Positions 1 through 9,748 are shown, numbered from the stretch's first letter. The stretch is 64,000 bases of DNA from Syntrophorhabdales bacterium (GCA_035315185.1 DATFYE010000203.1:26101-90100), one strand, 5' to 3'. Program-made: numbers and translations. The notes: generated by a model not told the origin, from the sequence alone.

Positions 1-6
1 CAAAGC

Positions 7-34
7 TTGACTTCACGGTTTTTTTGGCTATAAT
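7..34 (+). promoter_or_regulatory. sigma70-like promoter upstream of rplC
   Basis: TTGACT at 7-12, 16-nt spacer, TATAAT at 29-34. A GGAGG Shine-Dalgarno at 46-50 precedes the ATG at 58. Confidence 0.4.
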
Positions 35-57
35 ATTGGGGCTTTGGAGGTGAGAGT

Positions 58-714
58 ATGGGACTTGGATTGATTGGAAAGAAGCTGGGCATGACCCAGA
101 TTTTTGCGCAAGACGGAACGATCATTCCGGTGACCGTGGTGCTGGCCGGCCCCTGCCGCGTGGTGCAGAAGAAGACTGCGGAGCGTGAGGGGTACAATTC
201 GTTTCAGGTAGGGTTTGACGAGATAAAGAAGCTTACCCGCGTAAATAAGCCGCAGACGGGCCATTTCAAGAAGGCTAATATTGCTCCGTTAAGAAAGCTG
301 GGCGAATTCAGGGTTACGGCGGAAGAATTAGGGACCTTTGACGTGGGAAGTGAAATACCTGTAGACATCTTCAAGCCGGGTGATTTCGTGGATGTTTCGG
401 GTATCTCCATAGGAAAAGGCTTTGCAGGTGTCATAAAACGACACGGCTTCGCAGGCGCTCCGGGTGGCCACGGCACTCACGAGTTCTTCAGGCACGGAGG
501 CTCCATCGGTGCCAACACGACCCCCGCGCACGTTCTGAAGGGTATGAAGATGCCCGGACATCTGGGGGCACAGAAGGTCACCGTCCAAAATCTGAAAGTG
601 GTCGAGGTGAGGGGCGACACGAACATTGTGATGATAGAAGGGGCGATCCCGGGCCCAAAACAGGGCTACATCGTCATAAGGAAAGCCGTCAAGAAACCCG
701 GTCCAGCAAAGTAG
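58..714 (+). CDS. rplC: 50S ribosomal protein L3
   Basis: 218 aa. The N-terminus [20 protein letters not shown] and the GKGF.G..KRHGF.G.P..HG block are typical of bacterial L3. Confidence 0.9.
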   Translation: MGLGLIGKKLGMTQIFAQDGTIIPVTVVLAGPCRVVQKKTAEREGYNSFQVGFDEIKKLTRVNKPQTGHFKKANIAPLRKLGEFRVTAEELGTFDVGSEIPVDIFKPGDFVDVSGISIGKGFAGVIKRHGFAGAPGGHGTHEFFRHGGSIGANTTPAHVLKGMKMPGHLGAQKVTVQNLKVVEVRGDTNIVMIEGAIPGPKQGYIVIRKAVKKPGPAK

Positions 715-721
715 TGCGTAT

Positions 722-2416
722 GTGTTTAAGGACCTATCCCTCCTTTTACCTTATGTAAGAAAATATAGGGGCGAGTTTACCCAGGGTGTCGTAACCCTGG
801 TACTCGCCTCCTGTTGTTCCGCCACAATCCCCTTCCTCATCAAATATGCCGTAGACGGGCTTCAGGCAGGCTTGCGCTCACAGGTGTTGCGCATCATCGG
901 GATCGCCTGCGTGCTCGCCTTCACGCAAGCAATCCTCAGATGGCGATCACGAATGAAAATCCTGAACAGCTCCCGCGAAATAGAGTATGAGCTGAGACGC
1001 GACTTTTACACCCATCTGATATCGCTCCCTTATAGCTTCTTCAAAGAGCAACACCGGGGCGACCTGATCGCCAGGATCATGAACGACATAACGAACGTGC
1101 GCCTGATGGTCGGTATGTCGATTCTCCACTTCTCCAGTACCGCAGCAACGACAATCCTGAGTCTGGTTATGATGCTACGGCTCAATGCTCTTATCGCTCT
1201 GCTGGCGATCCTTCCGCTCTGTCTCCTTTTCGTGCTCATCAAGGGCTACATGGAGAAACTCCACGGGATCTTCAAGGACGTGCAGGACACCTACGGAAGG
1301 CTTTCGAAGGGCGCCAATGAGGTGCTCAATGGCATCAGGCTGGTGAAGAACTACCTCCTGCATGCCGAGGAACAGGACCGGTTTGAGAAACTGAACCGGG
1401 AGTACATGAAAAAAAATCTCGCGTCGACGCGCCTTTGGGGCATGGTCTTCCCAGCAATCGGATTTCTCGGGGGCATGGGCACTTTGATAGTCATGTGGCT
1501 GGGCGGCTATTTTCTGATGTACGGGAGGATCACCCTGGGGGACTTCATCGCACTCAATGCATATTACACCATGCTGATGTGGCCGGTGGTGGCGCTTGCG
1601 TGGATCATGAACCTGTACCAGCGTGGTGTCGCCTCCGTCAGAAGGCTTGAAGAGATTTATGCTTATCCGGTTGAGCAGGAGGTCGGTGCCTCACCTGAGC
1701 GGATCAAGGGGCGTTTGGAATTCAGCGGTGTGAGTCTCATGAAAGGAGGGCGCCAAATACTGAAAGATATAAGCTTTACGGTGGAGCCGGGAGAGAAGCT
1801 CCTGCTCATAGGGTCCACAGCCAGCGGTAAATCGACGATCCTGAACCTGATTCTCGGTCTTGACGGAGAGTACGAGGGCGTAATAAGGATTGACAACCTG
1901 GGTGCTGATGAGATCTCCCCGATTGCCCGAAGACGGCGCATTGCCATCGTGCCGCAGGAACCCTTCCTTTACTCACTCCCGATCAGAGAGAATATTTTTG
2001 CTGATGAACGGGCGGAAGCAATGGTAGACGCTGTCCAGTTGGAGGAGGAGATCGAAAGATTTGAGAAGAAGTTGGAAACGGTTGTGGGTGAGCGAGGGGT
2101 GATGCTCTCCGGCGGCCAGAAGCAGAGGCTCACCCTGGCGCGGGCACTCGCCATGAAACCTGACGTCCTGCTCCTTGATGATCCGTTTACGCATGTGGAT
2201 GGTTACACGGAGCACCTGATCTGGGAGAAAATCTGGCCACTCATCAAAGACGTGACCGTGATTATCACATCAACGAGGCCGGTTCCGGTCACCTTCGTCG
2301 ACAAGGTGCTCGTGTTGTCTGAAGGAAGGATCATTGATGAGGGGCGGCCGGACGAGCTTCTTGAGCGAAGCCCGTATATGAAGCTGCTCTACGAGGTAAA
2401 GACAGGCCGTGGATAA
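722..2416 (+). CDS. ABC exporter subunit (fused permease + ATPase), non-canonical Walker B
   Basis: 564 aa with a GTG start and a six-helix type-I exporter TMD. Walker A is GSTASGKST and the signature is LSGGQKQR. Walker B is LLLDDP, with Asp where the catalytic Glu is expected. Confidence 0.85.
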   Translation: MFKDLSLLLPYVRKYRGEFTQGVVTLVLASCCSATIPFLIKYAVDGLQAGLRSQVLRIIGIACVLAFTQAILRWRSRMKILNSSREIEYELRRDFYTHLISLPYSFFKEQHRGDLIARIMNDITNVRLMVGMSILHFSSTAATTILSLVMMLRLNALIALLAILPLCLLFVLIKGYMEKLHGIFKDVQDTYGRLSKGANEVLNGIRLVKNYLLHAEEQDRFEKLNREYMKKNLASTRLWGMVFPAIGFLGGMGTLIVMWLGGYFLMYGRITLGDFIALNAYYTMLMWPVVALAWIMNLYQRGVASVRRLEEIYAYPVEQEVGASPERIKGRLEFSGVSLMKGGRQILKDISFTVEPGEKLLLIGSTASGKSTILNLILGLDGEYEGVIRIDNLGADEISPIARRRRIAIVPQEPFLYSLPIRENIFADERAEAMVDAVQLEEEIERFEKKLETVVGERGVMLSGGQKQRLTLARALAMKPDVLLLDDPFTHVDGYTEHLIWEKIWPLIKDVTVIITSTRPVPVTFVDKVLVLSEGRIIDEGRPDELLERSPYMKLLYEVKTGRG

Positions 2417-4166
2417 GGGCATCATAAGAGAATTTCTCTTCACGTATGTCGTCAGATTCAAGAGGATTGCGTTTCTCTCGCTCCTACTCATGCTCCTGAC
2501 CGCAATTGCAAGGATGGCGCCTCCTTACATCCTCAAAATAGCGATCGATAGATTTATTGCGCACCGGGATTTTCACGGTCTCTCGCTCATGGCAGGCTGC
2601 TATCTCGCTTTCATCGGTATGGAATACGGCGCGCTCTACTTCCAGATTTATATGACGCAGCTCTTTGGCCAAAGCGTCATAAAGGAGATGCGGCTCAATA
2701 CCTTTGCTCATCTACTGGCGCTTCCCGTGCCCTACTTTGACAAGACCCCCCATGGCAAGAGCCTCAACTATCTGACCAGCGACATGGAGAATATCAATGA
2801 GTTTATAACATCAGGGATTGTAACCACCTTTGCCGACGTCATCACCATCACCGGTATCCTCGGCATCATGATCTATCTGAGCCTTCCGCTTACAGGCGTT
2901 GTACTTCTTTTCTTTTTCATTCTCTTCCTGGTGACCAATTTTTTCAGAAAGCGCTTCTCGGCCGCGTACCGTGACACACGGGAGAGCGTCTCGGAGATGA
3001 ACGGATTTCTCCAGGAGAGTTTCGCAGGTATCTACGTTTCAAAGGCGTTCAATCGCAAGGATGCCGAAATAAGCTCGTTCGACGAAAAGAATAGACGATA
3101 TATACAAGCGTTCAAGAGGGTGATCTTCTACCTTTCTCTTTATTTTCCTTTGGTGGAATCTGTCGGCGTGCTTTCGGTTCTTGCCATTCTCTGGGCGAGC
3201 GGACAGGTACTGGCCTACGGCGTGCTCACCTTCGGTACGATAGTCGCGTTCATAGAATATTCCCAAAAGTTGTATAATCCCATCAGGGATCTGAGCGAAA
3301 AATACAACGTGTATCAGAACGCGCTTTCAAGTCTCGAAAAGCTCCACAAGCTTCACCTCATGGAAAGGGAGCATAAGGGAGGGGATGTGACGCAGGTAAC
3401 AGGTGACATAGAGTTGAAAGATGTATGGCTCTCATACGAACAAGACGACGTATACGCCCTCAAGCGGATAAACCTTACTATCAGGGAAGGGGAGCGCGTG
3501 GGCATCATAGGCCTCACCGGCTCGGGAAAAACGTCGCTCATCAACCTCCTGCTCGGTTTCTACAAGCCAACGAAGGGAGAGATCGGCATCGGTGGTAAAC
3601 CGATGGAGCGTTACTCTCTCGAATCGATACGCAAAGCTTTCGGCATCGTCTCACAGGACGTGTTCATTTTCCCGAGAAGCGTCAGAGAAAACCTGTTCAT
3701 TGACGATGAAAGTTCTCTTCCAAAAGACCTGGGTCTTGTCCTGAAGGGATTCTCTTCTGAGGAAGGCCTGAACAAGGCCATTGCAGAAGATGGTGTCAAC
3801 CTGTCTGAAGGAGAAAAACAGCTTATATCGATTGGCCGCGTCATGGCGTACAAACCGCGCTATCTGATTCTCGACGAAGCCACGAGCAGGATCGATAGGT
3901 ACCTGGAAGGACGCATAGAGGAGGCACTGAACAAGAATTTTTCTTCCACCACATGGGTTGTCATCGCCCACAGCATGGCCTTCATGGCTGAGATGGACCG
4001 GATTGTCGTGATACATGATGGCCGGCTCGCAGAAGAAGGCACACACACCCAGCTCCTGGCAAACGGAGGGATCTACAACCACCTCTACACTATTTACGCG
4101 AACCGAAAGGATCAACAGGCCTATGAAAATCTACGTAGTGAGACACGGCGAAACAACGTGGAATAA
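2409..4166 (+). CDS. ABC exporter subunit (fused permease + ATPase), degenerate signature motif
   Basis: 585 aa with a GTG start that overlaps the upstream gene by 8 nt. Walker A is GLTGSGKTS and Walker B is LILDEATS. The signature reads LSEGEKQ instead of LSGGQ. Confidence 0.85.
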   Translation: MDKGIIREFLFTYVVRFKRIAFLSLLLMLLTAIARMAPPYILKIAIDRFIAHRDFHGLSLMAGCYLAFIGMEYGALYFQIYMTQLFGQSVIKEMRLNTFAHLLALPVPYFDKTPHGKSLNYLTSDMENINEFITSGIVTTFADVITITGILGIMIYLSLPLTGVVLLFFFILFLVTNFFRKRFSAAYRDTRESVSEMNGFLQESFAGIYVSKAFNRKDAEISSFDEKNRRYIQAFKRVIFYLSLYFPLVESVGVLSVLAILWASGQVLAYGVLTFGTIVAFIEYSQKLYNPIRDLSEKYNVYQNALSSLEKLHKLHLMEREHKGGDVTQVTGDIELKDVWLSYEQDDVYALKRINLTIREGERVGIIGLTGSGKTSLINLLLGFYKPTKGEIGIGGKPMERYSLESIRKAFGIVSQDVFIFPRSVRENLFIDDESSLPKDLGLVLKGFSSEEGLNKAIAEDGVNLSEGEKQLISIGRVMAYKPRYLILDEATSRIDRYLEGRIEEALNKNFSSTTWVVIAHSMAFMAEMDRIVVIHDGRLAEEGTHTQLLANGGIYNHLYTIYANRKDQQAYENLRSETRRNNVE

Positions 4167-4776
4167 GGAAGAGGTCTTCAGAGGCAGGAAGGATATCCCT
4201 CTGAACGATACGGGTCTCTGGCAGGCCGAACGCACCGGGGCATTCTTTTCTGACAAAGGGGTCTCCGCGATCTACTCGAGCCCCCTGTCGAGGGCGCGGC
4301 AGACCGCTTCCAGAATAGGTGAGGCAAGTCGTGTGCCGGTGACGGTGGATGATGCGTTCACCGACATGGATTTTGGCCCCTGGGAGGGGCTCTCCCTTGT
4401 AACGGTTGAGGAGCGCTTCCCGCAAGCGCTCGACACATGGAGGAACCGTCCGCATCAGTTCCGTGTCGCGGGGGCAGAGACACTGGCCCGCGTGAGGAAG
4501 AGGGTGGAAAAGAGGCTCCGGGAGGCAGTTACAGATGGCCTGACAAATGGCCCGGCGGATGGCCCGGTTGTTGTCATCGTAACCCACCGGGTCATCTGCA
4601 AGCTGCTCGTCCTTCATTTCCTGGGCGTGTCGAACCGCTTCTTCTGGAAAATCAAGTGTGATCCGGCGAGCATTACCTTTGCCGAACAGACCGGGGAGGA
4701 TTACACGCTTTCCATGGTCAACCAGACGCTCCAGTTGCAGGATCGAGCCGTCTGTCGGGAGTACCGCGATTTTTGA
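4123..4776 (+). CDS. histidine phosphatase family protein (phosphoglycerate mutase-like)
   Basis: The RHGETTWN catalytic motif lies directly after the internal Met (MKIYVVRHGET). The longer ORF from 4015 overlaps the ABC gene and is probably an artefactual extension. Confidence 0.75.
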   Translation: MKIYVVRHGETTWNKEEVFRGRKDIPLNDTGLWQAERTGAFFSDKGVSAIYSSPLSRARQTASRIGEASRVPVTVDDAFTDMDFGPWEGLSLVTVEERFPQALDTWRNRPHQFRVAGAETLARVRKRVEKRLREAVTDGLTNGPADGPVVVIVTHRVICKLLVLHFLGVSNRFFWKIKCDPASITFAEQTGEDYTLSMVNQTLQLQDRAVCREYRDF

Positions 4777-4880
4777 GTCGCCCTGAAAACTGTTGACAGG
4801 GTGTATACAATAATAGTTAGATACGTAGGTATGTGAATTTTCTTGTTAGCTTCCAACAAATTTGTTTAAGGAGGTAGTAC

Positions 4881-7325
4881 ATGAGGTTCATGCAGAATCA
4901 CAAGTTCCCTATCGCCTTACTCTTTCTTTGTCTCATGGGGTTGTTCCTGGTGCCTGCAGTTTTCGCAGGTGAGGCAGATATAGTCGTGCCTGACCTGACC
5001 AAGATCCAGTTTACGGTTTTGGGGGGCTCTTTAAGCGGGATATCGATCATGTATTTCGGCCTACTCATCTGTGTCATCGGTCTTATATTCGGCTTGATCC
5101 AATCCAACCAGACTAAGAACCTGCCCGCGCACAAATCCATGCTCGATGTCTCCGACATCATATGGGAGACGTGCAAGTCGTACCTCGCTCAGCAGGGAAA
5201 ATTTCTTGTTATCCTCTGGGTACTCATCGCCCTCTGTATGGTTTATTATTTCGCCGGCCTGCAGCAGGCGCCATTCGGCAGCATTGTCCTCATTCTCTTT
5301 TGCTCAATTCTCGGTATCCTCGGCTCTTACGGTGTTGCCTGGTTCGGTATGAGGATCAACACGAGAGCGAACTCGCGAACCGCTTTCGCGGCACTGAAAG
5401 GCAGGCCGGTTGAAGTGGTGGCCATCCCTATGCGCTCTGGCATGAGCGTGGGCCTCCTTCTGGTGAGCGTCGAACTCTTCTTTATGATCTGCATTCTCGT
5501 CTTTCTGAAGGAGTTGGCCGGACCCTGCTTCATCGGTTTTGCCATCGGCGAGTCTCTTGGCGCGAGCGCGCTCAGAATCTGCGGCGGTATCTTCACCAAG
5601 ATCGCCGACATCGGCTCCGACCTGATGAAGATCGTTTTTCATCTGCCGGAAGACGACCCGAAAAACCCGGGCGTCATCGCCGACTGTACGGGTGACAACG
5701 CGGGCGACAGCGTGGGACCGACCGCGGACGGCTTCGAGACATACGGCGTCACAGGCGTTGCCTTGATCGCTTTTCTCGCACTCGCCTTGGCGACCAACCC
5801 GCTCATGGGCGGAACGTTGATCATCTGGATCTTTGCAATGCGTATCCTGATGATCCTCACGTCGCTTGTTTCCTACTTCATAAATCACGCGATCGTCATG
5901 GCCAAGTACGGGAACGCAAAGAAGTTCAACTTCGAGCACCCTCTCACCAGCCTCGTCTGGATCACCTCTGCGATCTCGATTATCGTTACATTCTGGGCAA
6001 GCTATACATTGCTCGGTGATCTGCCTGACCCGAAATATGTCTCTTTATGGTGGGCACTTGCAATCATCATCAGTTGCGGTACTATAGCCGGCGCCTTGAT
6101 CCCGGAGTTCACAAAGGTCTTCACGAGCACCAGCTCCCGCCACGTTCAGGAAGTCGTGGCCTCGGCCCGTCAGGGCGGTGCGTCCCTCGATATCCTCTCC
6201 GGTTTTGTTGCCGGCAACATGTCTGCCTTCTGGGAAGGGTTGACCATTCTGGTGCTCATGCTCATTGCCTATCTCGTATCCTTCAACCCGTCTATACAGG
6301 CCCTTATGCCCAAGGAATACGCCTTTGCTGCGCCTGTCTTTGCTTTCGGTCTCGTAGCTTTCGGTTTCCTCGGCATGGGTCCTGTAACGATCGCCGTTGA
6401 CAGCTTCGGCCCGGTCTCCGACAATGCGCAGTCGGTCTATGAGCTATCGAGAATCGAGAGTGTGCCCAACGTTGCCGCTGAGATCAAGGGACAGTTTGGT
6501 TTTGAACCTGATTTCGAGAACGGCAAGGATTACTTGGAAGAGGCCGATGGCGCTGGTAATACGTTCAAGGCCACGGCAAAGCCTGTGCTCATCGGGACAG
6601 CGGTGGTCGGCGCCACGACCATGGTCTTCGGCATCATCATCCTGCTCGAGCGCATCTTCGGCGGCGCAGTCGCAAAACTGAGCCTCGTGCAGCCGGAAAT
6701 CATTCTGGGACTTCTCATGGGCGGTGCGGTGATCTACTGGTTTACCGGTGCGGCGACACAGGCCGTTGTTACCGGTGCCTATCGTGCGGTCGTCTTCATC
6801 AAGAAAAACATCCAGCTCGACAAGGAGACCGCATCCATCCAGGACAGCAAGGAAGTCGTCAAGATCTGCACCATTTACGCGCAGAAGGGCATGATCAACA
6901 TCTTCATTGTCGTCTTCTTCATGGCGCTCTCTCTTTCGTTCTTCAACCCGTACTTCTTCATCGGGTACCTCATCGGAATCGCCTTCTTCGGACTCTTCCA
7001 GGCAATATTCATGGCGAACGCGGGCGGCGCGTGGGATAACGCGAAAAAGATTGTGGAAGTGGACCTCAAGGAAAAGAACACACCGCTGCACGAAGCAACG
7101 GTTGTCGGTGACACGGTGGGTGATCCGTTCAAGGATACCTCATCCGTTTCGATGAACCCGGTTATCAAGTTCACCACGCTGTTTGGATTGCTCGCAACCG
7201 AAATCGCCGTCACGATGCAGTCCCAGGCGCTGAAGACCGGCATCGCCATCGTCTTTTTCGTCGTTGCGCTGGTCTTTGTCTATCGTTCCTTCTACGGCAT
7301 GAGAATCGGGGAAGAGAAGCTGTAA
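4881..7325 (+). CDS. hppA: membrane-bound proton-translocating pyrophosphatase, long divergent form
   Basis: 814 aa and polytopic. M-PPase motifs are present: GGIFTKIADIGSDL, DCTGDNAGD and GDTVGDPFKDT. The GNTFKATAKP block has Lys at the position that marks K+-independent enzymes. AAGGAGG Shine-Dalgarno. Confidence 0.85.
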   Translation: MRFMQNHKFPIALLFLCLMGLFLVPAVFAGEADIVVPDLTKIQFTVLGGSLSGISIMYFGLLICVIGLIFGLIQSNQTKNLPAHKSMLDVSDIIWETCKSYLAQQGKFLVILWVLIALCMVYYFAGLQQAPFGSIVLILFCSILGILGSYGVAWFGMRINTRANSRTAFAALKGRPVEVVAIPMRSGMSVGLLLVSVELFFMICILVFLKELAGPCFIGFAIGESLGASALRICGGIFTKIADIGSDLMKIVFHLPEDDPKNPGVIADCTGDNAGDSVGPTADGFETYGVTGVALIAFLALALATNPLMGGTLIIWIFAMRILMILTSLVSYFINHAIVMAKYGNAKKFNFEHPLTSLVWITSAISIIVTFWASYTLLGDLPDPKYVSLWWALAIIISCGTIAGALIPEFTKVFTSTSSRHVQEVVASARQGGASLDILSGFVAGNMSAFWEGLTILVLMLIAYLVSFNPSIQALMPKEYAFAAPVFAFGLVAFGFLGMGPVTIAVDSFGPVSDNAQSVYELSRIESVPNVAAEIKGQFGFEPDFENGKDYLEEADGAGNTFKATAKPVLIGTAVVGATTMVFGIIILLERIFGGAVAKLSLVQPEIILGLLMGGAVIYWFTGAATQAVVTGAYRAVVFIKKNIQLDKETASIQDSKEVVKICTIYAQKGMINIFIVVFFMALSLSFFNPYFFIGYLIGIAFFGLFQAIFMANAGGAWDNAKKIVEVDLKEKNTPLHEATVVGDTVGDPFKDTSSVSMNPVIKFTTLFGLLATEIAVTMQSQALKTGIAIVFFVVALVFVYRSFYGMRIGEEKL

Positions 7326-7357
7326 GAAAAGAAAATCCGTTACGGGTTACAGGTTAG

Positions 7358-7390
7358 AAAAGAGGCGCCGCCATCCGGGCGCCTCTTTTG
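7358..7390 (+). terminator. rho-independent terminator after hppA
   Basis: Perfect 9-bp stem AGAGGCGCC (7361-7369) / GGCGCCTCT (7378-7386) followed by TTTTGTT. Confidence 0.6.
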
Positions 7391-7551
7391 TTACAGGTTG
7401 TAGGCTGCGGGTTAAGCTGAGCCCGACCTTTGATGCCTTCCACCCCTCGGATGCGATCACGCGGTTCGCCGTAAATGTGCTAAAATGAAAGCCTCAGCTT
7501 GGCCAAATAACGCCGCAGGGATTAACCTATCGTAGGAGAAGAGAAACGCGC

Positions 7552-9159
7552 GTGACAGACATCCAGTCCCCCAAGACTTCGGCATGGTCCCCTCTCCGGC
7601 ATCCCGTTTTTCGGGCACTCTGGATTGCCGCGGTCTTTTCAAATATAGGCTCGTGGATGCACGACGTGGCCGGGGCCTGGCTCATGACCTCCCTCGCACC
7701 CAAGCCTATCATGGTCGCGTTGATGCAGACAGCAACCACGCTGCCGATCTTTCTGCTCAGCCTGCCTGCAGGGGCCATGGCTGACGTTGCCGACCGCCGC
7801 CGCCTGCTTATTTTCTTCCAGCTCTGGATGACGGTTGGAGCAACCGTTATCGGCCTTCTGACGGTGACCGGGCTCACTACTCCCCTGGTTCTCCTCATCC
7901 TTACCTTTACCCTTCAGGTGGGCGGAGCTGTGTCCGGACCCGCATGGCAGGCTATTGTGCCGGAGCTCGTCTCCCGTGCTGATCTGCATGGGGCAGTGGC
8001 TTTGGGGGCCATGGGATTCAACATAGCACGAGCAGTGGGCCCTGCTCTGGGCGGCCTTGTAGCAGCTGCCTTTGGGCCGGGCGCCGTCTTCCTGCTCAAT
8101 GCCGCATCATTCCTCGGTGTGGTCGTGGTGGTATACCGTTGGCATCGCCCTGTACCCGAAAACGCGCTGCCCACCGAGCGGTTCTTGAGTGCAATACGTA
8201 CTGGCATGCGCTACGTAATTTACGCACCGGCGCTCCACGCTCTTTTTGTACGCGCGTTGCTCTTTGCCTTTTGCGCCAGTGCCCTCTGGGGCCTCCTGCC
8301 CTTGCTAGCCCGCAAGGAACTGGGGCTCAGTTCCTTCGGTTACGGTATTCTACTGGGGTGTCTGGGTACGGGGGCTGTCGTGGCAGCCCTTATTTTGCCG
8401 AGGGTGCGCCAGCGGTTTTCTGCGGAACGCGTGGTTACGCTGGCGCAGTTCCTCTTCGCTGTGGTACTTGTTGGCCTGGCGCTCCTCCAGCATGTTGTTC
8501 TGGTGGGCGTTGCTATGGGTGTGGGTGGTGTGGCATGGCTAACGCTTTTTTCCACATTGACGGGCGGAGTGCAGTTGGCTGTCCCCTCCTGGGTGAGAGG
8601 GAGAGTCATGGCCGGTTATAGCATCGTATTCTTCGGAGGATTGGCAGGAGGAAGCGCACTCTGGGGAGCCATTGCCTCGTTCGTTGACATTCCGGTCACG
8701 CTTCTCATTGCCTCCATAGCGATGGGAGCCTCTCTTCTGTTTGTATCGCGCTATCGGATGCCGGTCGCAGAAGACCTTGATCTCAGACCTTCCACGCGCT
8801 GGCCTGAGACAGAAAGAATCATGGAGCAGTGTCGGGATCAGGGGCCTGTGCTGGTAACGGTCGAGTACCGGGTTGATCCCCGTTCTGCACGAGAATTCGC
8901 GCGCGCGATGCAAGGTATGCGACGCATCCGGCTCCGGGACGGAGCGATCGAGTGGGGGCTTTTCCGTGACACTAAAGACCCCGACCGCCATACTGAGTTT
9001 TTTATCGTAGAATCATGGCTGGACCACTTGCGGCAGCATGAGCGTTTCACGGTCTCTGACCGTGAGACGGCAAAGTTCGTTCAATCCTTTCATGTTGGAG
9101 AGAAGCCACCCGTTGTTTCCCATATGCTGTACGCGTATGGGTCGGAACCAGATTCGTGA
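7552..9159 (+). CDS. MFS transporter (MFS_3/EntS-like) with C-terminal ABM (antibiotic-biosynthesis-monooxygenase-like) domain
   Basis: 535 aa with a GTG start and about 12 TM helices. The N-terminus F.ALW.A...SN.G.WM is typical of this family. The soluble tail of about 100 aa (VTVEY.V.P....F......M...R.RDGA..W.L..D..D......E.F.V.SW..H..QH.R) looks ABM-like. GC is visibly higher than in the neighbours. Confidence 0.7.
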   Translation: MTDIQSPKTSAWSPLRHPVFRALWIAAVFSNIGSWMHDVAGAWLMTSLAPKPIMVALMQTATTLPIFLLSLPAGAMADVADRRRLLIFFQLWMTVGATVIGLLTVTGLTTPLVLLILTFTLQVGGAVSGPAWQAIVPELVSRADLHGAVALGAMGFNIARAVGPALGGLVAAAFGPGAVFLLNAASFLGVVVVVYRWHRPVPENALPTERFLSAIRTGMRYVIYAPALHALFVRALLFAFCASALWGLLPLLARKELGLSSFGYGILLGCLGTGAVVAALILPRVRQRFSAERVVTLAQFLFAVVLVGLALLQHVVLVGVAMGVGGVAWLTLFSTLTGGVQLAVPSWVRGRVMAGYSIVFFGGLAGGSALWGAIASFVDIPVTLLIASIAMGASLLFVSRYRMPVAEDLDLRPSTRWPETERIMEQCRDQGPVLVTVEYRVDPRSAREFARAMQGMRRIRLRDGAIEWGLFRDTKDPDRHTEFFIVESWLDHLRQHERFTVSDRETAKFVQSFHVGEKPPVVSHMLYAYGSEPDS

Positions 9160-9261
9160 AATGGCGGGTGAACATAAGAAAGGGGCGGGCCATGCTGACT
9201 GCCGGCCAGCCCCTCAGGCAATCACAAGGTGTTTAGAATATATTACAGTGTGGCCCCGAGG

Positions 9262-9459
9262 TCAGGTTTTCCACGACTTCCTTCGCTCAGCTTTTAGCCG
9301 CCTCTTTCTTGCTTCTCTTTGCTTGCGCCGTTCCCTCTCAGAAGGCTTTTCGTAGAAACTCCTTCTCTTGATCTCCTTGAGAACACCCTCTTTCTGCATC
9401 AGGCGCTTGAGGGTTTTGATGGCTTTTTCGATGTTACCGTCGTCGACGTGTACGTACAC
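9262..9459 (-). CDS. rpsU: 30S ribosomal protein S21
   Basis: The sequence V.V...IEKA.K.LKR...KEG...E.KRR..YEKPSE...RK...A.KR matches S21. I place the start at the GTG at 9459, which is preceded by AAAGGAG. The longer ORF to 9537 overlaps the upstream gene. Confidence 0.8.
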   Translation of the reverse strand: MYVHVDDGNIEKAIKTLKRLMQKEGVLKEIKRRSFYEKPSERERRKQREARKRRLKAERRKSWKT

Positions 9460-9469
9460 AGTATCTCCT

Positions 9470-9748
9470 TTAGTATCTTCTGGGGCCGCCGCCTCTTTTC
9501 CCTCTGTCTTTATCCCGCTGTGGACGGGCCTCATCAACGTTAAGCGTGCGGCCTTGGAGCTGTGTACCGTTTAGCCCCGCTTTCGCCTTTTCAGCGCCTT
9601 CCCTTGTAGCCATTTCCACAAAACCGAAGCCCTTGCCTTCGATGACATTGACATTGGCTACTTCACCATACTCGGCAAACAATTCCCTCAGCTTTTCCCT
9701 GTCCACGGAATAACTCAGATTGCCAACAAACAGTTTGGTTCCTTGCAT
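9470..9748 (-). CDS. RRM-domain RNA-binding protein
   Basis: RNP motifs KLFVGNL and KGFGFVEM are present, with an Arg/Gly-rich tail. The start is the internal ATG at 9748. Confidence 0.8.
   Translation of the reverse strand: MQGTKLFVGNLSYSVDREKLRELFAEYGEVANVNVIEGKGFGFVEMATREGAEKAKAGLNGTQLQGRTLNVDEARPQRDKDRGKRGGGPRRY

Noticed and set aside
4793-4823. Consensus TTGACA upstream of hppA.
   Set aside because: The only -10 candidates at a 17-19 nt spacing (TTAGAT/TAGATA) are weak, and the TACAAT box is only 7 nt away. A promoter is plausible but not well enough defined to annotate.
9182-9213. GC-rich hairpin GGGGCGGGCC-N12-GGCCAGCCCC between the convergent MFS and rpsU genes.
   Set aside because: It has a mismatch in the stem, a long loop and no flanking T- or A-run. 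It may be a bidirectional terminator, but the evidence is insufficient.
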